In this document: one piece after another, positions 36,624-45,322 of the stretch
How the letters are laid out: every line of letters starts with the position of its first letter
Position numbering within the stretch: the stretch's first letter is position 1
Virus record (IMG/VR): IMGVR_UViG_3300032287_003113
Coordinates: 155,880-219,879 of that record
Length of the DNA: 64,000 nucleotides
Direction: 5' to 3' (one strand)
Position numbers and translations under genes: made by a program
The notes under the pieces: generated by a model
Database searches by the model: none
What the model saw: only the letters and a program-made list of their open reading frames with translations
Told to the model about the DNA's origin: nothing

Positions 36624-37572
36624 TTTTATTCCTTATGTTCTTAATGTAAAAACTTGCTACAAAAAATATTACAAATGATGCCAGTGTTATCACAGTTGGT
36701 GTCAGCATATTTAGATTTTTACTCATGAAGTAAAAATAGTTTACAGCATTCATGGCCAGTACTGTGTACAACATGGTTTCTTTACGTACCCATCCCAACA
36801 GTATGTTACCAAATGGAGCAAAAAACAACACCACCGGGGCAGCCGCCAGCCACATCAAATAAACATCCGGGTGTACAGCATCCAAAAACAAACCACGATA
36901 GGCAATGCCAAACACAGTGATCACAGCCATGAGCACAATGCTGATGTCTGTGCTGATCTTTTCCTTCATGCCGTAGTAGCAGGTCAACGCAATGTAAATC
37001 AACATGTCACTGCCTGTGCCGAACATGGCAGAGGCACAACCACCTATGAATGAAAATATTGTAAAAATAACAAATTGGGAACCTTTGAGTTCGACATCGT
37101 CCACGGTGCCACCACCACGGCTGATCAAGTAAGCCACAATAAAGGCCAGGGCCATACTCACAAACAACATCTGTATGGTTTTGAAAGCAAAGGCACCTGC
37201 TATAGTGGTCATAAGCACAAAACCAATCATGTTTACAGCCGCATAGAATGGTATGTGTCTAAATGTCCGTAGGTCATGTGCTTTGCGTGTCAAGATCCAT
37301 ATGGCGGCTGATACCATACCAATGCTTTGTATGGCTAGACTAAAGTCTCTTGCCGCAGGTGGGGTGATATTAAAGTACAGGCTCAGAATGGGAAATGCCA
37401 CAGCACCGCCACCCTCGGGAGTAAAGCCGGCTATGGCTGAACCAAATATCATCATAAACGCATACAACCAATGTGTTTCGTACAAGGCAAAACCCGGTCC
37501 GGTCAAGATCAGATATAGCCAAGTGGTCAATACTGCCACTGCCCACACGGGCCAAATCATCATTTTATTCAT
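36610..37572 (-). CDS. TauE/SafE-family (sulfite exporter-like) membrane protein
   Basis: About 8-9 hydrophobic segments; AGF.P.GGGAVAFP and repeated SAMFGTG motifs. Confidence 0.65.
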   Translation of the reverse strand: MNKMMIWPVWAVAVLTTWLYLILTGPGFALYETHWLYAFMMIFGSAIAGFTPEGGGAVAFPILSLYFNITPPAARDFSLAIQSIGMVSAAIWILTRKAHDLRTFRHIPFYAAVNMIGFVLMTTIAGAFAFKTIQMLFVSMALAFIVAYLISRGGGTVDDVELKGSQFVIFTIFSFIGGCASAMFGTGSDMLIYIALTCYYGMKEKISTDISIVLMAVITVFGIAYRGLFLDAVHPDVYLMWLAAAPVVLFFAPFGNILLGWVRKETMLYTVLAMNAVNYFYFMSKNLNMLTPTVITLASFVIFFVASFYIKNIRNKNGNI

Positions 37573-38069
37573 TTTGCATCCTCTTCTGTTACTTCTACCC
37601 AGGTGTAATCACCCAACCATTTGACCTGGCAGATGTATTCATACTCAGATGGACCACCTGTGGTCCAATCTGCGGGTCCGTTGTGTGTGAGTCGTGTGCC
37701 GCCGCGGCGGTGATCACGAACCAACCAATATTTTTGTCCATGGTAGATTTGGAACTCGTAGCGAGCAGCATGTACCATGTCGGTTATATCTAATCGACGT
37801 TTTAGTTCTGCTGCTTGGCGTTGTAATACTTCTACCAGTTCCATGATCCTGTTGTACTCCTGTTGCCCGTGCATGCGAGCCACATTGACCATGATGTCTT
37901 TTTGTTTCTCTACCGGTATAAGATCAAAAGCCGGTCCTCCCACCTCGGTGGGGTAGGGTGTCACATTCTTGTTGAAGAACTCAACTACAACATTACCAGC
38001 CGTGATGTCAAAACTTGTTCTGCCGTCGGCTGCATTGGATTTTTTTTCAGTCACTGTCGAAGTTGCCAA
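37569..38069 (-). CDS. Hypothetical protein
   Basis: 166-aa ORF, ATGA-coupled. Confidence 0.65.
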   Translation of the reverse strand: MATSTVTEKKSNAADGRTSFDITAGNVVVEFFNKNVTPYPTEVGGPAFDLIPVEKQKDIMVNVARMHGQQEYNRIMELVEVLQRQAAELKRRLDITDMVHAARYEFQIYHGQKYWLVRDHRRGGTRLTHNGPADWTTGGPSEYEYICQVKWLGDYTWVEVTEEDAK

Positions 38070-38275
38070 ATTAGGTGTTCCTGGGGAGCATGATATCTGT
38101 ATTCAAACACAGGTTCACCGGGGCCGACCCAGACTGCTGTGCCACGATATGCATGTTGCAACCAGATTTGACGGTTAGTGAGTTCACATCGTTTCGGCCA
38201 CCAGACAAATATGTAATCCCAGTCGGCTCGTGCATGAAACTGATCATAGTGGTCCATGCCCGGTATGGGAGCCAT
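38051..38275 (-). CDS. Hypothetical protein
   Basis: Start moved to ATG 38275 right after the queE stop. Confidence 0.55.
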   Translation of the reverse strand: MAPIPGMDHYDQFHARADWDYIFVWWPKRCELTNRQIWLQHAYRGTAVWVGPGEPVFEYRYHAPQEHLIWQLRQ

Positions 38276-38276
38276 A

Positions 38277-39137
38277 TTATTTGCCCCAGCCGTTGCCCCA
38301 AAGATCCACATGCAAACGTGGGCTGTAGTTAAATCCACGTTCACAACAGATATTGGCGATGTTTAGTTTGTTGCTTTCGTATGGGTCAACTACGCCACCT
38401 TGTGGCATTAGATATACCACACCTTTGAAACCGTCATGTCTAAATGCATCCACAGCACGTATGGCTTCTGTAACGTGATCTTCAGTTTCAACCACAAACT
38501 TGAGATAAGTGTGTCCGTAAGTTTGATAGATATTGACAATCTTGGGTTTGATAGCATCATCCCACGACTCGCCTGACGCACTTAGTTTGGCACTGACACT
38601 GAATGTGACTTCACGTCCGGCTTTGTCACTGGCCCAGTCAATCAAGTAATCGCGGAAGTCTTCGTGTAGTTCTTGAGTACCGTTGGTTTCAAATGTGATA
38701 TTCTTCAAGTCTGCCATGCGGTGATGACTCAACAGTTCTGCATAAGCACGTTGCCAACCTAGCAAAGGTTCACCGCCTGTAATAACCAAGTGAACATCAT
38801 TGCCATTGTTTTGCATCCACATGTTATTAGGTGTCAGCGCCAACATCTTTTCCACAAGTTCTTCTGTGGTCAGTGTGGGACTCAGGTGTTTGTAGGCTGG
38901 ATGCCACGATGCATAACTGTCACATCCTGTTTCTACCAATGGAAGATCGTTGAATGTTTTGTACAGTTCTACCTTTTTGGCCACGTCATCTGCACCTGTT
39001 GATTTTTCGCCAGGCTTGCAACCAAAACCTGAACAGGTAAAGTTACATCCGTATGTTCTTAAGAATACGCTAGGTACTCCAACAAAGCGACCTTCGCCTT
39101 GTAAGCTATAAAATATTTCGCTGACTTTAATCTTCAT
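38277..39137 (-). CDS. queE: 7-carboxy-7-deazaguanine synthase (QueE-type radical SAM)
   Basis: SEIFYSLQGEG...VFLRTYGCNFTC, third Cys after a 36-aa insert (GCDS), VITGGEP, FETNGT, SPRLH; clustered with queD/folE. Confidence 0.85.
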   Translation of the reverse strand: MKIKVSEIFYSLQGEGRFVGVPSVFLRTYGCNFTCSGFGCKPGEKSTGADDVAKKVELYKTFNDLPLVETGCDSYASWHPAYKHLSPTLTTEELVEKMLALTPNNMWMQNNGNDVHLVITGGEPLLGWQRAYAELLSHHRMADLKNITFETNGTQELHEDFRDYLIDWASDKAGREVTFSVSAKLSASGESWDDAIKPKIVNIYQTYGHTYLKFVVETEDHVTEAIRAVDAFRHDGFKGVVYLMPQGGVVDPYESNKLNIANICCERGFNYSPRLHVDLWGNGWGK

Positions 39138-39402
39138 ATATTGTTGACCATTGTGTTAATTTTTGACTCTTTCTCACTTGTGCCGCATGTAATTCTGCTT
39201 CTGTAAAAATATTGTGTGCCTTGAGTAATTCTACTAACAATGTAACATCGCCTAGTTCTTGTACCAAATGTTCACGCTGGGTACCACCATCCTTGTAGCT
39301 ATTGTCAATACCAAAACGGCGAATCTTGCTGATAGCAACAATAACTTCAGCACACTCCTCTTGCAGTATGTCTAAGATTTCGTTAACCTTCGTAGATTGC
39401 AC
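39127..39402 (-). CDS. MazG-like nucleotide pyrophosphohydrolase
   Basis: LQEECAEVI...ELGDV; GTG start 39402 with GGAG SD. Confidence 0.7.
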   Translation of the reverse strand: MQSTKVNEILDILQEECAEVIVAISKIRRFGIDNSYKDGGTQREHLVQELGDVTLLVELLKAHNIFTEAELHAAQVRKSQKLTQWSTIYED

Positions 39403-39832
39403 TATTGGCTCCGTGTTCGGCACACTCAACTCTAACACAATAACAACGATTATTAGTTTTTTCTCGAATCAATTGATCTGCAAAATTAAAAGCGTGTTCA
39501 GCAAACTTTTCTGCACCTACTCCATCAAACATTCGGATCTCTACTAGGTCTAATGCTTGTAATTCTTCGAACTTGGCCAAGTGTGGATCTTGTCGATCCA
39601 GGGCCAACTTGTGATCAAAGTGATCTTCTAGCCAGGCTTTTAGTTCTTTAAGTCCTCCAAAGTCCACTGCCCAGTTCTTGTTGTCTAATTGGTCACAACC
39701 AAATGTAAATGTGAACGCTAGGCTGTAACCATGTAGCAGATGACAGTGACTGTGATCAGCATTGGGCTGTCTAAATACAGCACTCAATCCAATGTTGTGT
39801 CCGTAATGTTTTGTTGAGTAATACTTTGCCAT
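39383..39832 (-). CDS. queD: 6-carboxy-5,6,7,8-tetrahydropterin synthase
   Basis: HCHLLHGY, DFGGLK, FDH, terminal E; next to queE. Confidence 0.85.
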   Translation of the reverse strand: MAKYYSTKHYGHNIGLSAVFRQPNADHSHCHLLHGYSLAFTFTFGCDQLDNKNWAVDFGGLKELKAWLEDHFDHKLALDRQDPHLAKFEELQALDLVEIRMFDGVGAEKFAEHAFNFADQLIREKTNNRCYCVRVECAEHGANSAIYEG

Positions 39833-39840
39833 TGATTTCT

Positions 39841-39901
39841 CCTATGTTAATTATAGCATAGGCGGCAGAATTTATCAAGCGGGAATGACGCCAAGACCGC
39901 T
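39841..39901 (-). ncRNA. Candidate riboswitch (preQ1-I-like H-type pseudoknot plus SD-sequestering hairpin) in the queD leader
   Basis: P1 AGCGG/CCGCU, loop UCUUGGCGUCAUUC, tail UGAUAAAUUCUGCCGCC, hairpin CCUAUG/CAUAGG over AGGAG. Confidence 0.45.
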
Positions 39902-39917
39902 GTTTTGGGGATATAAC

Positions 39918-39923
39918 TATTTA
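39918..39923 (-). promoter_or_regulatory. Late-type promoter motif TAAATA for the queD leader
   Basis: ATAAATA overlapping the upstream stop, 86 nt before the queD ATG. Confidence 0.5.
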
Positions 39924-40466
39924 TCTCCACCATTCTTCCCAAGGAAAAACACACCATATGGGTTCTTCCAGTTTGTTTATTGACATGCCTGTATAGTCTA
40001 CATCTTTAAAGTCACTGGCCTCGTTGTTGATCAACACAGCAAAACGAACATTGTTGCCCCATACTGTCTTCCAACGCTCGTGGTCTGGCAAGCAACCGCT
40101 TGTCCAATCTTCGCGAATCCAATTTAGGGTAGCACCTGTGTCATTGATATCATCCACAACCAGAATGTTTTTGGCGTTGATACTGTAATCAAAGTCGGCT
40201 AACAACCGTTCTTCTTTGGGCACATATCCAAATGCTTCTTCGGCCATCCACAAGTTGCTTTCTGGTCCATGATCACTGTCACGTAAACTTACTTTCAGCG
40301 TTTCCATTGGAACTTCTAAATAATGACTCAGCATGGCAGCTGGTACTAGGCCGCCACGAGTAAGTCCCACAATGTAGTCAGGCTTCCATCCATCTGCATT
40401 CATGGCACGAATGATATCGTGTACCCAAGCTCGAACTGTTGAATCTTTGTAATATACTTTGTTCAT
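39921..40466 (-). CDS. Type I phosphoribosyltransferase (xanthine/guanine PRT-like)
   Basis: IVGLTRGGLVPA, ILVVDDINDTGAT PRPP loop, FPWE. Confidence 0.85.
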   Translation of the reverse strand: MNKVYYKDSTVRAWVHDIIRAMNADGWKPDYIVGLTRGGLVPAAMLSHYLEVPMETLKVSLRDSDHGPESNLWMAEEAFGYVPKEERLLADFDYSINAKNILVVDDINDTGATLNWIREDWTSGCLPDHERWKTVWGNNVRFAVLINNEASDFKDVDYTGMSINKLEEPIWCVFPWEEWWR

Positions 40467-40467
40467 T

Positions 40468-40638
40468 TTATCTTCTCGTGTTAATTCTTATACATTCGGC
40501 TAATTCTCGATCTGAATGCGATTTTGTAATACAGTTTCTAGCAGTGGCATCAGCCAGCGGATCGTGAGTTTGATAATATACTGCCATGGCAAGTATGATA
40601 GCAAGTAGAATTGCAATAACGATGTCTCTCAATTTCAT
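40468..40638 (-). CDS. Small membrane-anchored protein MKLRDIVIAILL...INTRR (56 aa; not in ORF track)
   Basis: AAGGA SD, N-terminal transmembrane segment, fills the gap. Confidence 0.6.
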   Translation of the reverse strand: MKLRDIVIAILLAIILAMAVYYQTHDPLADATARNCITKSHSDRELAECIRINTRR

Positions 40639-40648
40639 TTGAATATCC

Positions 40649-40876
40649 TTATTTTTCTAAATTACGTATACGCAAGCTAAGATCACGACCATCTGTGACC
40701 TGTCGATTTTCAAGTTGTGTTACCTTGCGTTGCAATCTAGAAATTCTAATGTGTGCATATACCAGCACAGCAACCACAAGAGTAAATGTCAGTCCCCAAC
40801 CGGCAACAATGCCGATCATCCAAGACCATAGGTCGGATATTTCTGTTACAACAGCCTGTAGACTTTGTGTAATCAT
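40649..40876 (-). CDS. Small membrane protein with coiled-coil tail
   Basis: Hydrophobic segment followed by heptad-like C-terminus. Confidence 0.6.
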   Translation of the reverse strand: MITQSLQAVVTEISDLWSWMIGIVAGWGLTFTLVVAVLVYAHIRISRLQRKVTQLENRQVTDGRDLSLRIRNLEK

Positions 40877-41298
40877 GCAAATGCTTCCTCTTCTAAATAG
40901 CGTTTTAATTCTTTGTCTGTGGGTTCTACTGTGTAATTGTTCTTGAAGAAGATTTCGTAGCTGTCCGAACCGTATTTTCCAATGCCATACAGTTTGTCAG
41001 CTTCATTGCCATCCCATTCCATGAAATCCAGACTCATCTGCACCAGTCGTTCATAACGACGATTCACCATGCCCAGACTCCAGATCACATCACGCACCTC
41101 GTCCGGAGTGGCCTGCAAGAATGCATAAGCACTACGCCATTTATTCCAAAATACAGGAGCCACGGTCTTTACGGGTTTACGGCCAGTTTGGTTCAACATT
41201 ATGACCGCAACCATGTGTTGCCAGGCCGCATCGACACCCTCCAAGCCATCGGGCAACTGCTGTTGCACCATGAGATCATCGCGGAGTGGCTGTATCAT
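40873..41298 (-). CDS. HhH-GPD DNA glycosylase, MBD4 catalytic-domain-like
   Basis: WQHMVAVIMLNQT, LGMVNRR, LYGIGKYGSDSYEIF. Confidence 0.7.
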   Translation of the reverse strand: MIQPLRDDLMVQQQLPDGLEGVDAAWQHMVAVIMLNQTGRKPVKTVAPVFWNKWRSAYAFLQATPDEVRDVIWSLGMVNRRYERLVQMSLDFMEWDGNEADKLYGIGKYGSDSYEIFFKNNYTVEPTDKELKRYLEEEAFA

Positions 41299-42131
41299 CT
41301 TGGTGCAAACTCTTGTTGCAGTTTGATATTGTCCATGAACTCTTTCTTGGTGCCAGGATCATCTTTGAACGCACCTTTCAGCACCGTGGTCTGAGTCAAA
41401 CTTGAATGTGCCATGATACCACGATTCTCACAGCAACCATGTGTGGCCTGTATGTACACACCAATATTTTCGCTGTCGGTAGCACGACTTATTTCTCTCG
41501 CGATGTCGTTGCATAGTTCTTCTTGTAGAGTACCGCGACGAGCACACCACTGAGCAATCCTAGTGTACTTAGATAAGCCAATAAGTTTTTGGGCAGCAAT
41601 GATACCAATGTAAGCAACGCCAGATACAGGCTGATGATGGTGACTGCACATACTACGCAATTCGCTACGCACAACAAGCATGCCTTCATATCTATCCTCG
41701 CTATCGTTAGGGAAAGCAGTGGCATCAGGTCTGGGTTCATACCTACCTGCCATGATTTCATTAAAATACATCTTGGCCAAGCGTCGTGCTGTGCCACGAC
41801 TGTTGGGATCTGTCGCACGATCAATCAACAGGGTGTCTAAAACTCGTTCAAAAGCTTCTGTAGCTTCATCGATTAGTCGTTCTTTGTCGCCTTCGTGCAA
41901 GTAATCGCTGATGTTGTCACCGGCCCAGAAACGTTTCTTGTTACGCTTCATGTTGAACCGAATAGCATCGGCTAGATACTTGCCTTCTTCGTAACCTTTA
42001 TCGCTCATGTGCATTACAGCATCTTCGTATCCGGGATGATACGGTGCTTCATTTACGTATTGTGTAGCTTTGATTGCATCAAATAGTAGATCTTTATCTT
42101 TATTTTTATCTTTATTTTTATTTTTGGACAT
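41295..42131 (-). CDS. folE: GTP cyclohydrolase I
   Basis: TARRLAKMY, SMCSHHHQP, GLSKYTR, RGTLQEEL, ATHGCCENRG. Confidence 0.95.
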   Translation of the reverse strand: MSKNKNKDKNKDKDLLFDAIKATQYVNEAPYHPGYEDAVMHMSDKGYEEGKYLADAIRFNMKRNKKRFWAGDNISDYLHEGDKERLIDEATEAFERVLDTLLIDRATDPNSRGTARRLAKMYFNEIMAGRYEPRPDATAFPNDSEDRYEGMLVVRSELRSMCSHHHQPVSGVAYIGIIAAQKLIGLSKYTRIAQWCARRGTLQEELCNDIAREISRATDSENIGVYIQATHGCCENRGIMAHSSLTQTTVLKGAFKDDPGTKKEFMDNIKLQQEFAPR

Positions 42132-42177
42132 GTATTCTCCGAGTTAGTGTCGTGGATGACTTTGTATTATTGTATGA

Positions 42178-42183
42178 TATTTA
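42178..42183 (-). promoter_or_regulatory. Late-type promoter motif TAAATA
   Basis: Overlaps the upstream stop, about 47 nt before the folE ATG. Confidence 0.45.
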
Positions 42184-42762
42184 GATTGCAAAGTCAATGG
42201 TTCTCAAGTCTGAATATTGGATATATTTAGGTTTTTCGTCCACTAATGGTAATTTTTGTGATCCCAGTTCGCATACTTCTAACGTGGGACAATAGTGATA
42301 TCCTTGTTCAAATACTTTTTGTTCGGTCCAGGGCAATATGGATAAATCTCTACCATCACTACGCATACGACTCAGTGTTTGGTAATCTTGTTTGTTGTCT
42401 AACAAGATAGCACCTGCTCTACCTAACTGTAAGGGTTTGCCGTTACCGAAACTTAAACATTGTTTATGGCCTGCACGGTACATTGCTCGTTCAAGTCTGC
42501 GAGCACTATCCCAGATATTGGTATGCCCAAATTGATATTCGCCTTGCCACGCCTGGTCTTTTAATTCGTAATGTATACCCAATTGACGAATCATTTGCGG
42601 AACACTAAGATAGGTATATGCTGTAAACTCTGTGTAAGTGACTCGGTCTAACCTAAAACACAATTCCATTGCGTGTGTGCAACTGTCGGTGACAACCACA
42701 TAAGGGGCACCGGTATACTCTGCCAGTGCGTGTTCAAAGTCAAACAGTCTTTTAAAACTCAT
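42181..42762 (-). CDS. Short DegT-like PLP-dependent aminotransferase
   Basis: FEHALAEYTG..VTDSCTHAM, WDSA, CLSFGNGKPL.LG.AGAIL; only 193 aa. Confidence 0.65.
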   Translation of the reverse strand: MSFKRLFDFEHALAEYTGAPYVVVTDSCTHAMELCFRLDRVTYTEFTAYTYLSVPQMIRQLGIHYELKDQAWQGEYQFGHTNIWDSARRLERAMYRAGHKQCLSFGNGKPLQLGRAGAILLDNKQDYQTLSRMRSDGRDLSILPWTEQKVFEQGYHYCPTLEVCELGSQKLPLVDEKPKYIQYSDLRTIDFAI

Positions 42763-42790
42763 ATATTCAAATTGCCTTTAGTGGAACACT

Positions 42791-42819
42791 ATTATAATAT
42801 AAATACCATATCAAATCAA
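42791..42819 (-). promoter_or_regulatory. Sigma70 promoter, leftward half of a divergent pair
   Basis: TTGATT-17-TATAAT. Confidence 0.6.
42798..42805 (+). promoter_or_regulatory. T4-type late promoter TATAAATA, rightward half of a divergent pair
   Basis: Exact TATAAATA 30 nt before ATG 42835. Confidence 0.6.
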
Positions 42820-42834
42820 ATTTAATTTAATCAA

Positions 42835-43920
42835 ATGAAACGTGCTGTTATCTGTGTTGCCAATCCTTGGGAATATATACCGCTATACGATAAAAATTAT
42901 AGCATTATGGTATTGAATCCCTCGGCACCTGCTGATCGAAATCAATACTTGTTGAACAATTCAGACTGGAGCCTATTGGTCACGGCCGACAATGTACAAG
43001 AAAGAGACGGCGCCGACTATCCCGGAGAAAAAGTTTATTGGTATACATCGGGCACCACCGGCGACAGTAAATTTTACAGTTTTACCGAACAACAAGTCGA
43101 TTATGTGTGTCGTCAAATAATCAAATCCTACGATCTTACTGCCAATGATCGATATGTTGGTGTAATGAGTCTATGGCATGCACACGGACAAATGATGTAT
43201 TGGATGAGCCGCATGATCGGCATGGAAACAACATTTTTGCCCATTGGACGATTGCAAGAAGTTTCCAAACACAGTCCCACATTCATCACCGGTATTCCAG
43301 ACATATTAAAAGCCTTGATGAAGCAACAGTTTGATAGTTTACGATTTGTTCGTAGTGCCAGTTCTGCTTTGCCTCCACAACTGTATTCTGCTATGAAAGA
43401 ACGTTTTGCTGTACCTATCGTGGAAAGTTTTGGTATGACAGAATCGTGTAGTCACTGTCTGACCAATCCCTTGGAAGGTGAACAACGCATAGGCACAGTG
43501 GGTTTACCGGATGGAGTAGAAGCACGTATTGAGCAAAATAAACTACTGATTAGAGGGCCGGCTGTGGCCGATTCGGATTGGCTCGACACCGGCGATTTGG
43601 CCGAGCAAGATGAAGCAGGGTACTTTCGAATTCTAGGACGTAGTGTGGATCGTATCAATGTGCGTGGTTACAAATTGGATCCCTTGAGCCTGGAAAACAA
43701 ACTATATGCGGCCTTTCCTGACCTTAAAGATCTAGCAATATTTGGTACCGACTCTGTAAAATGCATATACAATGGACCGTACGATAAAACGCAAATCAAG
43801 GCAGTATTGGTATCTATGGGACAATCGTGTTATCCAACCATACTTGAAGAAGTTGATTCAGTACCTAAAAATGCCGCGGGCAAGGTGTCAAGGACCATGC
43901 TCAATGACCTATTCGCTTAG
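42835..43920 (+). CDS. AMP-forming acyl-CoA synthetase / adenylation (ANL) enzyme
   Basis: YTSGTTGDSK, ESFGMTE, GTVG, TGDL, GRSVDRINVRGYK, PKNAAGK. Confidence 0.85.
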   Translation: MKRAVICVANPWEYIPLYDKNYSIMVLNPSAPADRNQYLLNNSDWSLLVTADNVQERDGADYPGEKVYWYTSGTTGDSKFYSFTEQQVDYVCRQIIKSYDLTANDRYVGVMSLWHAHGQMMYWMSRMIGMETTFLPIGRLQEVSKHSPTFITGIPDILKALMKQQFDSLRFVRSASSALPPQLYSAMKERFAVPIVESFGMTESCSHCLTNPLEGEQRIGTVGLPDGVEARIEQNKLLIRGPAVADSDWLDTGDLAEQDEAGYFRILGRSVDRINVRGYKLDPLSLENKLYAAFPDLKDLAIFGTDSVKCIYNGPYDKTQIKAVLVSMGQSCYPTILEEVDSVPKNAAGKVSRTMLNDLFA

Positions 43921-44271
43921 GTGATCTTTTTTAATCTCACGTACTGCACACTCTAGTCGTTCAGCAATAGCGTTTTTAATGGCAATACGTTTGTTGTTGT
44001 GATCTCTAATGGCAATGGCACGTCGACCAATTTCTTCTAGCCCTAGTTCTTGTTCACGCCCAGTTTTAAGCAAGGACTCTAGTTCCCATATCTCGTTGTG
44101 TATGCCCACAAGATTCATATATAAATCTTCAATTTTTTCTATGTCGTGTGCTATCGCTTGATTCATGTACCAAGTGAGTTCTTCAGCATTGGCTCCTCCG
44201 GTGCGTTTAAACTTAACGTCGGCGATGGCCAGGCGATCAAATAATTCAATAACAGGAAATGTAGGAGTCAT
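43909..44271 (-). CDS. Hypothetical helical protein
   Basis: ATGA-coupled to the upstream radical SAM gene. Confidence 0.65.
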   Translation of the reverse strand: MTPTFPVIELFDRLAIADVKFKRTGGANAEELTWYMNQAIAHDIEKIEDLYMNLVGIHNEIWELESLLKTGREQELGLEEIGRRAIAIRDHNNKRIAIKNAIAERLECAVREIKKDHLSE

Positions 44272-45296
44272 AGGTATAAGGTCTCTATTTTTTTGGGGTT
44301 ATCTAAAATGTTTTGTATCTGTATATTGCTTATGTTAGGACGACATGGAGCACAAAACTCCACACGAGTTCGATTGTATATTTCGTAATGACGAGCATTC
44401 AACCAACTATCACGGAAGTCTCCTGAGTCCCAATTGGCCAATTCAAACTGTGGATTACCCTTGCCTTCACAACAGATGTATATTTTACCATCGGCACAGA
44501 ATACAGGAAAGTGGAACATCTGGTGACACTTCTTGTAGTTACGTGGCAGAGTTTTGTTTTGATTGGCCCAGTATGGTAACCTGTACAACTGACTGTACTT
44601 TTCTAGTCTAGCAATGGTCTCTGGGGTAATTGGGTATGCTTGATTGTCAATGATAACAGGACGGAAGTAAATCATACGACCACCCAACTTGGCTACCAAG
44701 CGAAACAGATCATTCATTGCTTCTTCGGTGTCGTTCAATGGGTTTATCAATGCTTTAAAGTCAACATTGACCCCGGCTTGGATCAGGCCACGAGCATTGT
44801 CACATACCTTGGTAAACAAACTACGAGCAGTTAGGCTACGACGTATTTCTTCATACAAACTTTCTGTGCCGGCATCAATGTCAATACCAATCCAGGCCAT
44901 CTTGCGTAGTTTATCCACGTGAACAGTATCCAGCAGGGTGTCCAGGTTACTGCCGTTTGTGGTCAAACTGGTCAGGAATCCAAGGTCCAAGGTATGTTCA
45001 ATGACCTTCTCGTAACTGACCAATACAGTGGGTTCTCCACCGCCGGGATAGGTAATAGTATGAGTTGTGCCGTAACTGCGGGGAGTGTGTGCTCGCCACG
45101 TGGCCAACTTGTCTAGTAATGCAATGTATTCTGTGTATTTCTTTTGTACAGGCTTTTCTGCACGGAAGTCGGCAGAATTGCAGTAGTAACAGTCTTGATT
45201 ACACACATTGGTCAGATCTATGTCTACCTGAGCAGGCAAGATCTTCATGGTGTCTTGATTTCTCATCCAATGGACAAGTTCTGCGTATTGATACAT
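44268..45296 (-). CDS. Radical SAM protein with C-terminal SPASM/twitch
   Basis: CNQDCYYC, GGGEP, TTNG; C-terminal KCH...ICCE...CAPC. Confidence 0.85.
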   Translation of the reverse strand: MYQYAELVHWMRNQDTMKILPAQVDIDLTNVCNQDCYYCNSADFRAEKPVQKKYTEYIALLDKLATWRAHTPRSYGTTHTITYPGGGEPTVLVSYEKVIEHTLDLGFLTSLTTNGSNLDTLLDTVHVDKLRKMAWIGIDIDAGTESLYEEIRRSLTARSLFTKVCDNARGLIQAGVNVDFKALINPLNDTEEAMNDLFRLVAKLGGRMIYFRPVIIDNQAYPITPETIARLEKYSQLYRLPYWANQNKTLPRNYKKCHQMFHFPVFCADGKIYICCEGKGNPQFELANWDSGDFRDSWLNARHYEIYNRTRVEFCAPCRPNISNIQIQNILDNPKKIETLYL

Positions 45297-45322
45297 TATG
45301 GGCCCGGGGAATTAGATCCAAG

